A stretch of 62,765 nt of DNA, counting the filler, from Dugesia japonica (Eukaryota): NCBI GenBank assembly GCA_001938525.1. It is 7 parts of 7 records of this genome, joined end to end, with 100 filler letters (N's around TTAATTAATTAA, not from the genome) between each part and the next. Parts side by side here need not be neighbours in the genome. Positions count along the whole stretch, not along the records: positions 35,483 to 44,071 come from MQRL01477676.1; positions 44,172 to 53,736 come from MQRL01628763.1; 5 more parts are not named here. One strand, given 5' to 3'. Below are positions 35,483 through 49,900 of the stretch, in pieces. Below the pieces are notes generated by a model. That model saw nothing but the letters and a program-made list of their open reading frames with translations. It did not search any database and had not been told where the DNA came from. The stretch's first letter is position 1, and each line of letters begins with the position of its first letter. The translations under genes were made by a program, and so were the position numbers.

Positions 35483-35954
35483 AAGTAATGATGAGATTAT
35501 TTATCTAAGCGCGTACATATACTCATAGTGATCAAAGGATCAACAATTTTCAAAATTCCATTATACCAGTTATATTTATATAAATATTATTCAATTTTTT
35601 TCATCATAAATGATGTAAAATAAAATTTTAAATATTCATTCAAATATTTCACATTGGACTATTTTAAATTTCATAATTAATAAAATTTAAATTGATTTTA
35701 ATTTAAAATTTTCGGAAAAAAATAAGTTAAACCTAAAACAAAATTTTAAAAAATTTATATTTAACTTTAAATATCGAATTTTCAATTTCTCAAAATCTTT
35801 TAACAAAAATTTTACATCTCATAATTATAATATCACTAATTTATCGGAATTATAAATCAAAGAAATTGAAAATTTATTCTTATTCATGAGTTTATATTTT
35901 TCCAATTGAAGAAATATATATACACGTTTTTATACATAGGTAAAAATATTAAAA

Positions 35955-36288
35955 TTAATCAGCAACTTTCAGATGCTTGGATAAGTCGACGTGGTCCTAT
36001 GGAATAGCCTCCTAGATCTCCCGATTTCCGCCCATTAGATTTTTATCTTTGGGGCCATTTGAAGGCCATCGTGTATAAGGAAAAGATTCGAAAAAAATCA
36101 TCTCAAAGAACGGATCACCGATACCATTACAAGCATAACTACAGTTGTGTTTACACGTGTTCTTCAGCGGTGAATAATGCGCATTAAAATGTGTTTGGAA
36201 AACAATGGTACCACATAAAGAGCATGTTATATAAATAAAAAATGGTTTCCTTTTCTTTTTCGTATATACATACTTGAGATACCTTGTA
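35955..36288 (+). mobile_element. Tc1/mariner (rosa/Tc3-like) transposase 3' relic with right TIR
   Basis: WISRRGPME*PPRSPDFRPLDFYLWGHLKAIVY; terminus ACTTGAGATACCTTG-TA. Confidence 0.82.
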
Positions 36289-36750
36289 TTTATTTATTTA
36301 TTTATTTATTATATATATATATGGCAAATACGTATAGGTTATTTATGGAAATTTATTAATTTTATGCCAGTATTTTCATATACAAATTATAAAAATTATT
36401 CATAATCACATATTTTTAGCAATTAAACTATTTAAATCATAAAATCTATTTCAATATAATATTGAAACACATTTAATGATACCATCATTCATTAAATTTA
36501 TGAAATTCATTACTTTTATAACTAGATATAACGATAATCATAACTTGTTAAAAGGAATATATTTTCAAAAATTTCACTTTTATTTTCTATTAAAATTGTT
36601 ATAAAATTCTAATTGTATTTAACATTCTTTTATAAATAATAAAAAACTTTAATTTATTCAGGTTATTATTTTGCAATTTATCATTTCAAGATATGTTCAT
36701 TGAAGATTATCTATTTAGAAAATACAATTAGTATTTTATACAAATTAGTT

Positions 36751-37014
36751 AAGTAGATGGTAGGTACACACTGGATCACTTGTGAAATTTTTCTTTTACT
36801 TTATGAAATTTCATTAAATATTTAGCGACTTCTATAAAATTTCAAAAACTTTTTAATGACTTCCATGCAATTTTTTAAAATTATTTTCCCATTGTTTTAC
36901 ATAGGATTTTTAAAACTTTATCGACTTCTATGAAATTTTATAAAAATATTTAGTGGTATCTATACAATTTCTATAAATTCACAGGGGAGCCAGTGTGTAC
37001 CTATCCCTCTATTT
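36751..37014. mobile_element. MITE with MULE-like TIRs
   Basis: Inverted ends TAGATGGTAGGTACACACTGG / CCAGTGTGTACCTATCCCTCTA; imperfect flanking direct repeat TTAGTTAA / TTAGTTAC; internal ACTTCTATGAAATTT-like repeats. Confidence 0.7.
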
Positions 37015-39499
37015 AGTTACTTTTGAAAAATATTGGAAACNNNNNNNNNNNNNNNNNNNNNNNNNNNNNNNNNNNNNNNNNNNNNNNNNNNNNNNNNNNN
37101 NNNNNNNNNNNNNNNNNNNNNNNNNNNNNNNNNNNNNNNNNNNNNNNNNNNNNNNNNNNNNNNNNNNNNNNNNNNNNNNNNNNNNNNNNNNNNNNNNNNN
37201 NNNNNNNNNNNNNNNNNNNNNNNNNNNNNNNNNNNNNNNNNNNNNNNNNNNNNNNNNNNNNNNNNNNNNNNNNNNNNNNNNNNNNNNNNNNNNNNNNNNN
37301 NNNNNNNNNNNNNNNNNNNNNNNNNNNNNNNNNNNATTATGTTTTTTGTCGGTATTATAGGTTTTGGAGATCAGCAGTTTAATCTTTCCTGGAAAAAATA
37401 TCTGTTGAATTTTTTTTAATAAGTGCTGATTGTATAATAGGATTTTCTAATTAATGATTTATTTACAAATAATTAATAACTTTAGAAGGAATATGAAAAC
37501 GCTTCAATAATAATGAAATCTTTGTGCTAGGTATTTATTCTTAATTTTCGATGCTCAGAAATCGTCTTCCTGTGGCTCACAAAATGGTTAAATAAATCAA
37601 ATATCAAAATAACTTCGTTATTTTTTCTTAAATTATCATTTACACAATCTTTGTAAAAGTTAAGAAAATTAATATTTTATAATATTGAAAATTTCTAGTA
37701 TATATTTTGCAATTAAAATAATGTATCAATTTCAAATTGTAAATAATATCTTTCAACTCAAAATATTTCAAAGCGTCAAACGAAAAATCACATTGAAAAT
37801 AAAAAAAAATTATGAAAAACTGTATAATTTGCATATATTCTCAAAAGAAATTGTTTTTATTTTTTGCTTTTTTACCCACTAACCACAGGAAATTGACAAC
37901 TCCTTGATTCTGGTATAATTAGATCTTTCAAAGAAAAATGTAGGAAATCGTTGCTTTGCTATATACTTTTAAATGTAGAAAATAAAATTTATCATAAAGA
38001 AGATTTTAAATTTACTCAAACCGGCATTAATACGATTATATTCGGCTTTGAAAAAATCACGTGGAAAATTGATAACAAAATGATAATGAAAACATATTCA
38101 AATTAAAAAATTTCAGATAAAAATAATGTCCTATAAATTTAGGGTTTGCAAAATGAACTAACATTGGAAGAATATTAGAAATAATTAATTTTTTCTGTTT
38201 TTTTTAAAATACACATTTTAGATGTTTATTTTACATATTTGAAATATTTTTTAATAATAAATTTATTTTATTTTTGATTACATTTGTAACAAAAAGCTTT
38301 TTTGCAGATTGAAAATTTATTTTATAAAAAGTGATCTCAGTATTTTTTTAGAAATTAAATAACAAAAAAATAGTGACTCTATATTGAAAATAAACTACTT
38401 CAAATATCCAATTACTTTAACGTTTTTTTTNNNNNNNNNNNNNNNNNNNNNNNNNNNNNNNNNNNNNNNNNNNNNGAAACATTTTCAAATGAAAGTAAAA
38501 TTGTTAGATTGAAGGTTTTAAAATTAAGAATTAAAAAATAAAACATCTAAGAAATATATTTGAAAACATGTAAGAAAAATGATATTATTGAATAGAATAC
38601 AATTACTTATAATTGAAAATCAAAACTATAAATCATCAATGAATTTTTCCATATGAATGAATCATTGATTGGTTCTAATGATGAATAATTTTAATTATTA
38701 ATTTTAGGAACCGGCAGCATAAATAAAAAGCAACATTTTAAGATTGATTTGAAATCATTGACACAACTGTTTAATATATTTAAAATTTACATTTAATTTA
38801 AAATTAAGATGTATATAAAATCATATTTAGCCCGAATAAAATGAGGTGAGACACGACAAGTTTTAAAGCAATTTACTTTTATGCAATATCATATTTTTTA
38901 ATTATATTAAAATGGTTTTATAAATACCATCTATTAAATCGTGAATTTATTTTCTCAACAACTACAACACATCAAATTATCTTTATTGATTTCAGACGAA
39001 ATTACTGTATTAAAATTGTAGATTATATTTATTTTAATAGATGTTCTTAAAATTTATATTTAACAACCTTTAGAAATAGTAATATAGGAAACATTTGAAA
39101 AATTCGTAGATTCATAGAAAAAGAAAGTATTTTTAACCACAATCTATATTAGAATGTTTGATTAGTCATTACACTATTACTAATCTTTTTAATTTTATAC
39201 GACACTGGCCTTTGATTTATCCGCCAGATAATGCTTCAATCAATCAATTCTTATGGTTAAGGGTCATTTATTGATAAATTAATAAGTTTCTATTAAATAT
39301 CTACATTTGTTCATTAGTAAAAAAAACAAGTGAAATGTTTTTCTTACATTAATGATAAATATTTTTTATTTTAGATATTAATTATTAATTTAATTATAGA
39401 TAAATTAGCTACCATTTAAAAAACATTTGTTAAACTTATGCAATGAACTCATAAAAAGATGATGAAAATATTTTAAATGTTGTAAATTTACTGAAAGAC

Positions 39500-39540
39500 A
39501 TATCCCGAAGAAGGCTATGCCGAAATATTGGAAATAAAAC
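39500..39540 (+). ncRNA. Degenerate minimal hammerhead motif (core U4 mutated)
   Basis: CCGAAGA-A-GGC tat GCC-GAAA-TA-TT-GGAAAT. Confidence 0.4.
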
Positions 39541-40242
39541 AGTAACTTTAATCTTTGCTTATTAAAAAAATTTTAGAAATAAAAAACTTTTTGTTAAAAA
39601 CGAATTAAGTTGTTAATTTTATTTATACAATTCTCATTAAAATGTGTATAAACGATCAATTGAAGAATGAGGAACGGGCAAAAATCAAAAATTTATAAAA
39701 TAGTATTAAATTTGCATAATTACTTCAATTTAGAATTTACAAATATTTATAATTTTAATAATACCAAGAAAATCTTTTTTTGTAATTTATTTGTAATATT
39801 TTAATAATATATATATATATATATATTAAATCTTACTAAATTAATTAAAATTATCAAGAAAATAAATATTACAATAACTTTTATGGTTTATAAATTATTA
39901 TAAATGCAGACTTAACCATTTTATTTTTTTATTGATCCATCAATAAAATTATTAATAATTACATTTTGAAATATATTTAAAAATTAAATCGAATTGAATA
40001 ATTAAATACCATATTTAGTTTGAAATTTATTTAGATTAATAAATGTCTATTGTTTCAGTACTCCCCCAATTAGTAAAAAATCACAATTATTAAAATAAAT
40101 AATAAACAAAATTTTTGATTAATATCACGTTCTTTCAATTGTTTTACAACATGCCATTTTAAATTAAAATATTTAATATTGACAAATGAACTACAAATAT
40201 TGTAAAATCTAAATTATAGACAAGTAATACGAATATATTTAC

Positions 40243-41615
40243 GTCAGTTACTTTGCGTAACTGCATTAGGAAATTTATTATTTCAAATAAAATTTGTCTA
40301 AAACAAAGTATCATCGGTTTTGCTTGAGAAAACAAATTTAATGTTTATGTGATAAATAAAACTTTTAAAAACTTATATCTTTCATTAAAATCAGATAGAA
40401 ATTAAAATATTTTTTTAAATTTAGTAACAAATTTAGGTCAATTTTATAATTATTTTAGTTGACGGAAATGTCAATCAGTGATAGAAATTTCAAATATCTG
40501 GCATCAATTAAATAATGTAATTAAACCATTTTTATGAATAATAACATTTACCTGTTTATTTCAACCAAATTTTCTGGATTGTATGATAACTTGTCTAATA
40601 ACTTAGTTAAAAGGGGAATTTCAGTAACTTTTGAATTTAATGGGGCCTTCAATAGTAGAGGATTATTAATGTCATTATTAGCACTTAAATTCATATTTGA
40701 TGGAGCAGGTGAAAAACTAACAGTTGATTTAACAGAATTATTATTTAAATTAATCTGAGTAGATTTTGACGTTTGTCCAATTAACATATAACCTTGTGAG
40801 TTTACACTAGATGAAGTACGAGGGGATTGTTTTTGAAGAGCATTGATTAATTGTTGTGCAACATTAGGATCTGATTGAATTAAGGATAAATTAGAATTTA
40901 CAGGAGTGGAATTTATTGGTTTAGAATTTTGTTGCGAATTCAATCTATTAAATGCTTCTAATATCTGAACGTCAACATTATTCATTGAAAGAACAGTAGC
41001 ATTTTGGCTTTGAGAAGCAACAGGGGAAGAGCTTATAGTTATTGCTGATAAACTATTTGTAGGATTGTTTAAAATCAAAGGCTGATTAGATACACTGGAT
41101 TTACTGACTTCTGATACATGATTACTTGATTGCTTGGATTTATCGCTTTGAAAAATAAGATTTTGTTGTATTAAATACAAAGCCTGGCAAATGCTAGAAG
41201 CTGTTGAGTCCTGTGAACTAGTAGGAATTCTTATCATTTGTGGACGATCTAATTGGATTTGTGAATTTTGGTTAACTTGTAATGGAGTTGGAATTATGGG
41301 AATTGATGGTTGATTTTGTCTGTTGATTAAATGCATTGGATGGGATTGAGGCTGTTGCATTGCCGCAGCTATTCGCTTGACAACTTCAATTTGATTTAAT
41401 GTATTGGGATTATTAGAGTTGGATGTATTTAATTGAAAAGAATTATTTATTCTTGTCGGCTGTTGCTGTTGAGTTACAACAAGGTTAGGATTATACAAAA
41501 AAGGATTTCCACTTACTGAGACTGGTGGTCGAAACGGTTGATTTCCATTCTGAGTTGAAGTTTGACAGTTAATATTCGGTTCAGGAAATATATTTCGATT
41601 ATTTTTTGGGAGCAT
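40243..41615 (-). CDS. Unknown protein with long N/Q/S/P-rich disordered N-terminus and possible C-terminal LEDGF-IBD/TFIIS-N-like helical domain
   Basis: Open 1.06-kb first exon (likely ATG at 41615, donor after 40552), then exon 40497-40464 in phase. The next putative exon 40297-40243 is not phase-consistent, so the 3' model is uncertain. Confidence 0.65.
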
Positions 41616-42350
41616 TGATTTAAATTTTATGAAATGACAATCATAAATAATAAACAATAGACAAATATAAATAATCAATATGCCTAAATTAACTTGCGTA
41701 CTTTAAATTATAAATTTTCGTGATATGATTGGCTCTTTAGTGTCAGAGTAAATTGAATGTGTGTCATTGCATGCCGCTCTAAATAATGCTGTAATATACC
41801 TAGCTACTGATTCAATCCAGTATTAAAAAATTCACTAGAAACAAAAGTATGTCGGCTGTTATCACGTGACTTTCCATCCTGAATAAGCATAATTTCTTGC
41901 ATGTATGCACTTATTTATGACGCGTCATTAAATAGGGTGAAAATAATCTTTTAACTGAGCATTGATTTTAAATTTTCTGGACAAGTTTTGTTGATTAGAC
42001 AACTAAATTTTTCTTGTCCTAAAACCTCAACTTTAAATTTAAATATATAGAAGATTATGAAAATTATTTTAAAATGCATAAAACTTTTTAATTAATTTTA
42101 AATTAANNNNNNNNNNNNNNNNNNNNNNNNNNNNNNNNNNNNNNNNNNNNNNNNNNNNNNNNNNNNNNNNNNNNNNNNNNNNNNNNNNNNNNNNNNNNNN
42201 NNNNNNNNNNNNNNNNNNNNNNNNNATTTGTTTAAATGTGTCATTGAAAATAATTCATTTTGAAAATCTAAATTGATATCAATTTAAAATTTTGGAAAAA
42301 TTGCACTGTATTTTTTAAATTAATTTTTAATTAAGTTATTTTGATACATT
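41616..42350. promoter_or_regulatory. Putative bidirectional promoter between head-to-head genes
   Basis: The divergent ATGs are ~735 bp apart (including an N gap). Palindromic TCACGTGA (E-box) at ~41862 and TGACGCGTCA at ~41918. Confidence 0.4.
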
Positions 42351-43976
<1,626 letters not shown>

Positions 43977-44071
43977 GTGCTTTATTACAATTATTAATTA
44001 ATTAATTAATTTGTTAAAAATATTCTAAATTATCTAAATTGATATCTATTTTTTCATTATTTAATTAACAA

Positions 44072-44171
44072 NNNNNNNNNNNNNNNNNNNNNNNNNNNNN
44101 NNNNNNNNNNNNNNNTTAATTAATTAANNNNNNNNNNNNNNNNNNNNNNNNNNNNNNNNNNNNNNNNNNNN
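44072..44171. other. Artificial scaffold linker
   Basis: N44-TTAATTAATTAA-N44. Confidence 0.95.
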
Positions 44172-44329
44172 CAATAAAATAAGCCATGAGTTATTAATAT
44201 TATTTGAAACTTAATAAATTAATATAAAGAAAATATAAGAAAATTCGGCCAAATATAGGAAAATCGGGGAATAAAACAATTTTTTTTAACAATGTATCTG
44301 AATATTAGTTATTTAAAAGAAAAAAGAAA

Positions 44330-44600
44330 CCCATAAAACCAAAGAGCAAGCAGAGTTGCCACAAATTACCGCTTAAAAAGCCTAAAAGAATTTTCCAACT
44401 AAAACCACAGGAAAAAGTAAATTTTCTTAATCATATTACGTAAAATTTCAAAGATGAAATTAATCTCATGACATAATTTGTGTGCAAATAATTTTCCCAT
44501 CTAAATACACAGGAAAAAATAGCCTGACGTGATAATGTCGAGACGAATTTAATAAAATTATGTAATGCACACAAAAGTCAAGCGATTTCTGGATATCATA
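44330..44600 (-). repeat. Dispersed repeat homologous to 61550-61870
   Basis: CATAATTTGTGTGCAAA..TTTTCCCATCTAAATACACAGGAAAAAA is a reverse-complement match to 61610-61670. Confidence 0.7.
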
Positions 44601-44609
44601 ATGATTGTT

Positions 44610-45671
44610 GACATGTTGTGTAAAAGGCCATGTTGCATTGAGCGAAAAATTTGGTAACCTCTAGGTGCGATGTCTGGTGAGTATGGTAGTGAGGTTAAAC
44701 TTCCCATTCGAATTCTGCTATCGAATTTCTCACTAAATTCGAAGTGTGGGATCGATAATTATCATGCTGTAACAACACCGTCTTATGTCTATTCGAAAAA
44801 TCTGACAGTTTTTCATGCAATGCTTGAATCAACTGTATTAACTCTTGTTGATAACGCCGTCCATCGTTTCACGTTTGTTCAAAAGCTCAAAATAAATAAT
44901 CCCCCTTTGATCCAAAAAATGGATAACATTACCTTATTTCCATGTAAGTCTCGTTTTAGTGTTGTTTTTTGGTTGGCCAAGCTTTACCCAGGATTTTCTT
45001 AGTTTCGGATTTTCTTAAGAAATCTATTTTCAAGACAAGTAACAATGCGATCTAAAAAGGACTTATTCCTTTGACTGCTGAGCAGCGTCTGACAAATGTC
45101 TAGTCGTTTTGCGATATCTGCTTCTTTCAATTGATGAGGCAACCATTTACTGACTTTTTGTTTGTATCCTATAGCTTTTAATCGTCTGCTTATGGAAGAT
45201 TTATTTGTATAATTGATTTCTGACATTGTTTCAGTTGTTTCGGATTGATATTTGATCAATACCTTTTCCAAATCTTTATCTGTAAAGGGCTTTAGTTTAC
45301 CTGGACGTTGTTTATCCTTCATATCAAAGTCACTCAGTTTGAATGGCCGAAACCATTCTCGACAGCATGTTTTAGACAGAGCATGGTTGCCATAAGCGTC
45401 TGAAAGCATCCCATGACTTTCTGCAGCACTTCTTTTCATTTGAAAACTAAAAAGCAATGCCTCTCGCAAATGTGCGTTTTTTGGAATAAAACTAGTCATA
45501 TTAAATGGATCGGTTTTCGTTTGCTGTGCAACTTAACTAAATAATATATCACTATTTTAACATTTAAATATTGATACTTAACAAATCTTACCGATTGATT
45601 TAAGTTTTCGCTACAATATGTAATAAGTTAGTTTATTAAAACAAACAGCAAGAATTAATGCAACTACCTAA
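44610..45671 (-). mobile_element. Mariner (Mos1-like) element, degenerate transposase with left TIR
   Basis: HTH HLREALLFSF..SAAES..AYGNHALSK..CREWF, KWLPHQL, FLDRIVT and PYSPDIAP (~44670). TIR TA-TTAGGTAGTTGCATTAATTC at 45671. Confidence 0.9.
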
Positions 45672-46767
45672 TATATATAATTTCAATACAGGTTTCAATT
45701 ATTAACATTATTAATCTTCTATTTTAATTAATTATTTTATTAATACTTAACTACGACATTTATACGATTTATATCATTTTCCATTAGTTATGGTTTACTG
45801 GGTTTCATGTGTACAGTTATTCGAGTTCAAATTCTTGTGTTTTATAGTGAATACTTTATTAATAATACGTATAATTAATAATACTAATTCTATTTAATAA
45901 ATCAATCAAATTCCAAATTACTGTATGATGTTTACAAACACCATCATATGAATCTTTTTTTTAATAGCTTATATTTTATAATCTTCGATTAAATACATTA
46001 GGATGAGTGCACTTAAAAATGATCAAAATTTACTAGTTATGTTCTACTTCAATTACTTTTCAAAGCGAAATAAGTAAAATTAATTTTATATGATGCTTCA
46101 AAAGATATTTCTTTTCTTTAAGATAATTTAAGATGTAGAGTTTAATTAAAAGTCAAATAATTAAAAAACAAAGATGTGATAGTTTTATCGTAGTTCTCAA
46201 GGAAAATCTTCTAATCCATCAGTGTCAGATGATTTGACTATTGAGTATGATACACGCGTTTCTATTTCACAGATTTTCCACATAACTCGATTTTGAGTAC
46301 TACTTTAAATCGACACAAGTGTGATTAGTATAACATTCTCCAAGAAAAATCTTCAAAATCAAGATAGATTAATGATTCCATATTGAAAGTTAAATATTTA
46401 AACATTGGTATAATTTATTTTGCTAGGTTTGCCTACTTTTCTATTTTGTATGAATTTATTATTTTGGATTTTTTTTTAAAAATGTCCCTATTTATTTATA
46501 AATTGATTTATATAAATTCAAATAAAATTTTTAATTACATTTTAATTCTATTGTTTATATTNATATATTTTTAAAATATTTTGATTTCCTTGAAAATTAA
46601 ATAAACTGCGTTTATTAACATATTATTTAGCTAAATCAAATAATTTATGTTTGTAAACATTGAAAACGATTCTTTCCAATTAATGAAATAATGGAATTTA
46701 TTACTAAAATTAAAGCTGTGAAATTAATTATTTAACAACCTACAAAATTTGAAAATCATATGTAACC

Positions 46768-47875
46768 ATGGCTCCAAAAGTGCTAATATAATATGTAATG
46801 AATAATTTTAATAGTTACTAATGTCAACTACAGCTGATTTTCTATGTAAGGATAAAACTGAATTTTATAACGACTGCATATTAAATACAAATAAACCGTT
46901 TATAATATTTGGATATGCTTCTCTTATAACTGTTCCTAATTTCAAATATTCCAGTCGGAAAGTTGGTTTTATTAAAGATTATGCTACGAGATTATATCAA
47001 GGTAGTAGTAGTGTTGGAACCATAGAATGGGTTTGTAAATAAGCTAAAATCATTTTATTGTTTTCTGTTTAGCCTGGTCGAGTAGCTACATTAGTCCGTT
47101 CAAATGGAAATTTATGTTTTGGTGAAGCGTTTTATGTTTTAAGTGATTTGGAAAAAATAGAAAGCTGGGAATATTTACTTTCCAGAGAAATAAATTACTC
47201 ACTTATAGAAACAAATTTCTATCCATTATTGAATGAAAATACTTTGTCTTCTAATTTCGAAACTGTTGTGACTTTTGTAGCATTACCAAACAATAATCAA
47301 TATCTGGGAGAATGTGAAATGGAATTACAAGTATATTAAAATTAATATTGTCATATTAAGAGTAATATTTATTCACATAATAAATGTACTTTATTTTTAA
47401 ATAGGTATGTTTATAATTTCAATTACTTATTCTATATTGATATTATTATTATTGATATTATTATTGATTGATATTATTATTGATTATTATTATTATTATT
47501 GATTGATATTATTATTGATATTATTACTGATTGATATTATTGTTGATTGATATTATTGTTGTAATTATTATTGATTATTATTATTATTGTTGATATTATT
47601 ATTGATTGATATTATTACTGATTGATATTAATACTGATTGATATTATTGTTGATATTATTATTGATTGATATTATTATTGATTATTTTTATTATTATTGA
47701 TATTATTATTGATTGATATTATTACTGATTGATATTATTGTTGATAGTATTGGTTGTTATTATTATTGATATTATTGACGGATATTATTATTAATTGATA
47801 TTATTATTGATTTTATTCTTGGTTAGTAACAATACCGAGTATTTAGTTATATTCAAACTTCTTTTAAAGAGTTGA
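46768..47875 (+). CDS. CHAC: ChaC-family gamma-glutamylcyclotransferase (exons 46768-46779, 46815-47030, 47073-47330; tentative 47361-47404 and 47827-47875)
   Basis: IFGYASL..PNFKY...VGFIKDYATRLYQG, PGRVATLV, CFGEAF, YLLSRE (catalytic Glu), NQYLG and a tentative NTEYL; 35-42 nt GT-AG introns. Confidence 0.85.
47435..47815. repeat. ATT/ATTG low-complexity array (within putative ChaC intron)
   Basis: Degenerate TATTATTGATTGA repeats. Confidence 0.9.
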
Positions 47876-47914
47876 ATCTAAATAAGTAAGATAGAAAAAT
47901 TTATATTGCCGTTA

Positions 47915-48387
47915 ATTACACTAAAATTTCGTTAATATTGGTATTTTCGTCCAAAGCTCGCAATATCAATTGTAGTCTGCCTGAGAGTTTTTGATTCTCT
48001 TCCGCTTCTCTTCACATCTCTCGTACTTTCGATTTCAGGTTGGATTGCTGGNNNNNNNNNNNNNNNNNNNNNNNNNNNNNNNNNNNNNNNNNNCAGGTTA
48101 CAATTTCGGCAAATTCATGTTTATATTGACGTCTCTGTTGGACGACACATTCCTGCAAGTCATCAAGATTAGCCAGCTTCTCCGTATATTTTTGTTTTTG
48201 GATGGATAAATTCTCTTTTAACGTTCTTATTTCTAACTCCTGACGTAGACGATCTTGTGCGATCCACCAGAGTTCATCATCCGCTACTTCGAGCTCCAGA
48301 GAGTCCCAAAAATCTGGCCTGACATTCGGCGACTTGGTCAGCGCTAACTCTTGCTTCCTCGTCAGCTGTCATAATTCGCCTCGTCAT
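47915..48387 (-). pseudogene. Frameshifted coiled-coil ORF relic of unknown family
   Basis: AG|ATG start MTRRIMTADEEA, then after a frameshift ELWWIAQDRLRQELEIRTLKENLSIQKQKYTEKLANLDDLQE..., continuing past the gap as KSKVREM*REAEENQKLSGRLQLILRALDE. Confidence 0.45.
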
Positions 48388-48804
48388 CTAAGACAAATAA
48401 TTAATCTCGTTTCTTTGTCACTGATTCAATTCATGTAAATTTAGTCAAAACGTAAATTGAAACCTCCACGAACCTCAAACGACTTTTCTGTTTAATCAAA
48501 TTATATTTATTCAAAAGATAGTCAATCGCCTCAACCGGGACAAAACGATTATTCGATTCATTTTAAATCAACGTTATAAAACGAATACAAAACATGGGTG
48601 AAGCATTTATCTATTGCTATCGCTTGAAAATCATTCGATCTCTCGTCACAGCCACGGAATCTCGCTTCTTTACTTCATTACTAATTACGTGAAATTAATT
48701 GAAACTGTAAGATAGTTTTTAAAAGCAAATTTGAATTTTTTGTATTTTAAAACCGGAATTTATTGAAATCAGATTTGTTAAATATTTAAATTTTTATCGT
48801 AAAA

Positions 48805-49127
48805 ATAATTTATAAAATTAATAAATTATCATTTTCATTATTTATAAAATTNNNNNNNNNNNNNNNNNNNNNNNNNNNNNNNNNNNNNNNNNNNNNNNNN
48901 NNNNNNNNNNNNNNNNATAAATTATCATTTTCATTATTTATAAAATTTATAAATTATCATTTTCATTATTTATAAAATTAATAAATTATCATTTTCATTA
49001 TTTATAAAATTAATAAATTATCATTTTCATTATTTATAAAATTAATAAATTATCATTTTCATTATTTAAAAATTTATAAATTATCATTTTCATTATTTAT
49101 AAAATTTACAAATTATCATTTTCATTA
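48805..49127. repeat. 32-bp tandem repeat (ATAAATTATCATTTTCATTATTTATAAAATTW)
   Basis: Several near-perfect units, interrupted by a gap. Confidence 0.9.
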
Positions 49128-49209
49128 AATTAATTTTGTTAAAATTTTCAAATTTCTCTTTGTCAATAAAGTATGTATTTTTCTTATGTATTTTTAATAT
49201 TTTACATTA

Positions 49210-49900
49210 ATAAAATTTTAAATAAAATAAAATAAGATAAAATATATAAAATTTTAAATGAAATAAGATAAAATATATAAAATTTTAAATAAAATAAAAC
49301 ATAAAAGATTTCAAATAAGAAAAAATATATAAAATTTTAAATGAAATAAAATAAGATAAAATATTTAAAATTTTAAATAAAATATATAAAATTTTAAATG
49401 AAATAAGATAAAATATATAAAATTTTAAATAAAATAAAATTTTAAATAAAATAAGATAAAATATATAAAATTTTAAATGAAATGAAATAAGATAAAATAT
49501 TTAAAATTTTAAATAAAATAAGATAAAATATATAAAATTTTAAATGAAATAAGATAAAATATATAAAAATTTTTAACAAAATAAAATTTTAAATAAAATA
49601 AAATAAGATAAAATATATAAAATTTTAAATAAAATAAAATTTTAAATAAAATAAGATAAAATATATAAAATTTTAAATGAAATAAGATAAAATATATAAA
49701 AAATTTTAATAAAATAAAATATATAAAATTTTAAATAAAATGAAATAAGATAAAATATATAAAAATTTTTAATAAAATAAATTATATAAAATTTTAAATA
49801 AAATGAAATAAGATAAAATATATAAAAATTTTTAATAAAATAAAATATTTAAAATTTTAAATAAAAGAAAATAAGGTAAAGTATATAAAATTTTAAATAT
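49210..49900. repeat. ~31-bp AT-rich minisatellite (AAATAAGATAAAATATATAAAATTTTAAATG)
   Basis: About 20 degenerate units. Confidence 0.9.

Noticed and set aside
48805-49900. CRISPR-like array of ~32-bp repeats
   Set aside because: Head-to-tail tandem units without unique spacers, in a eukaryotic context with no cas genes.
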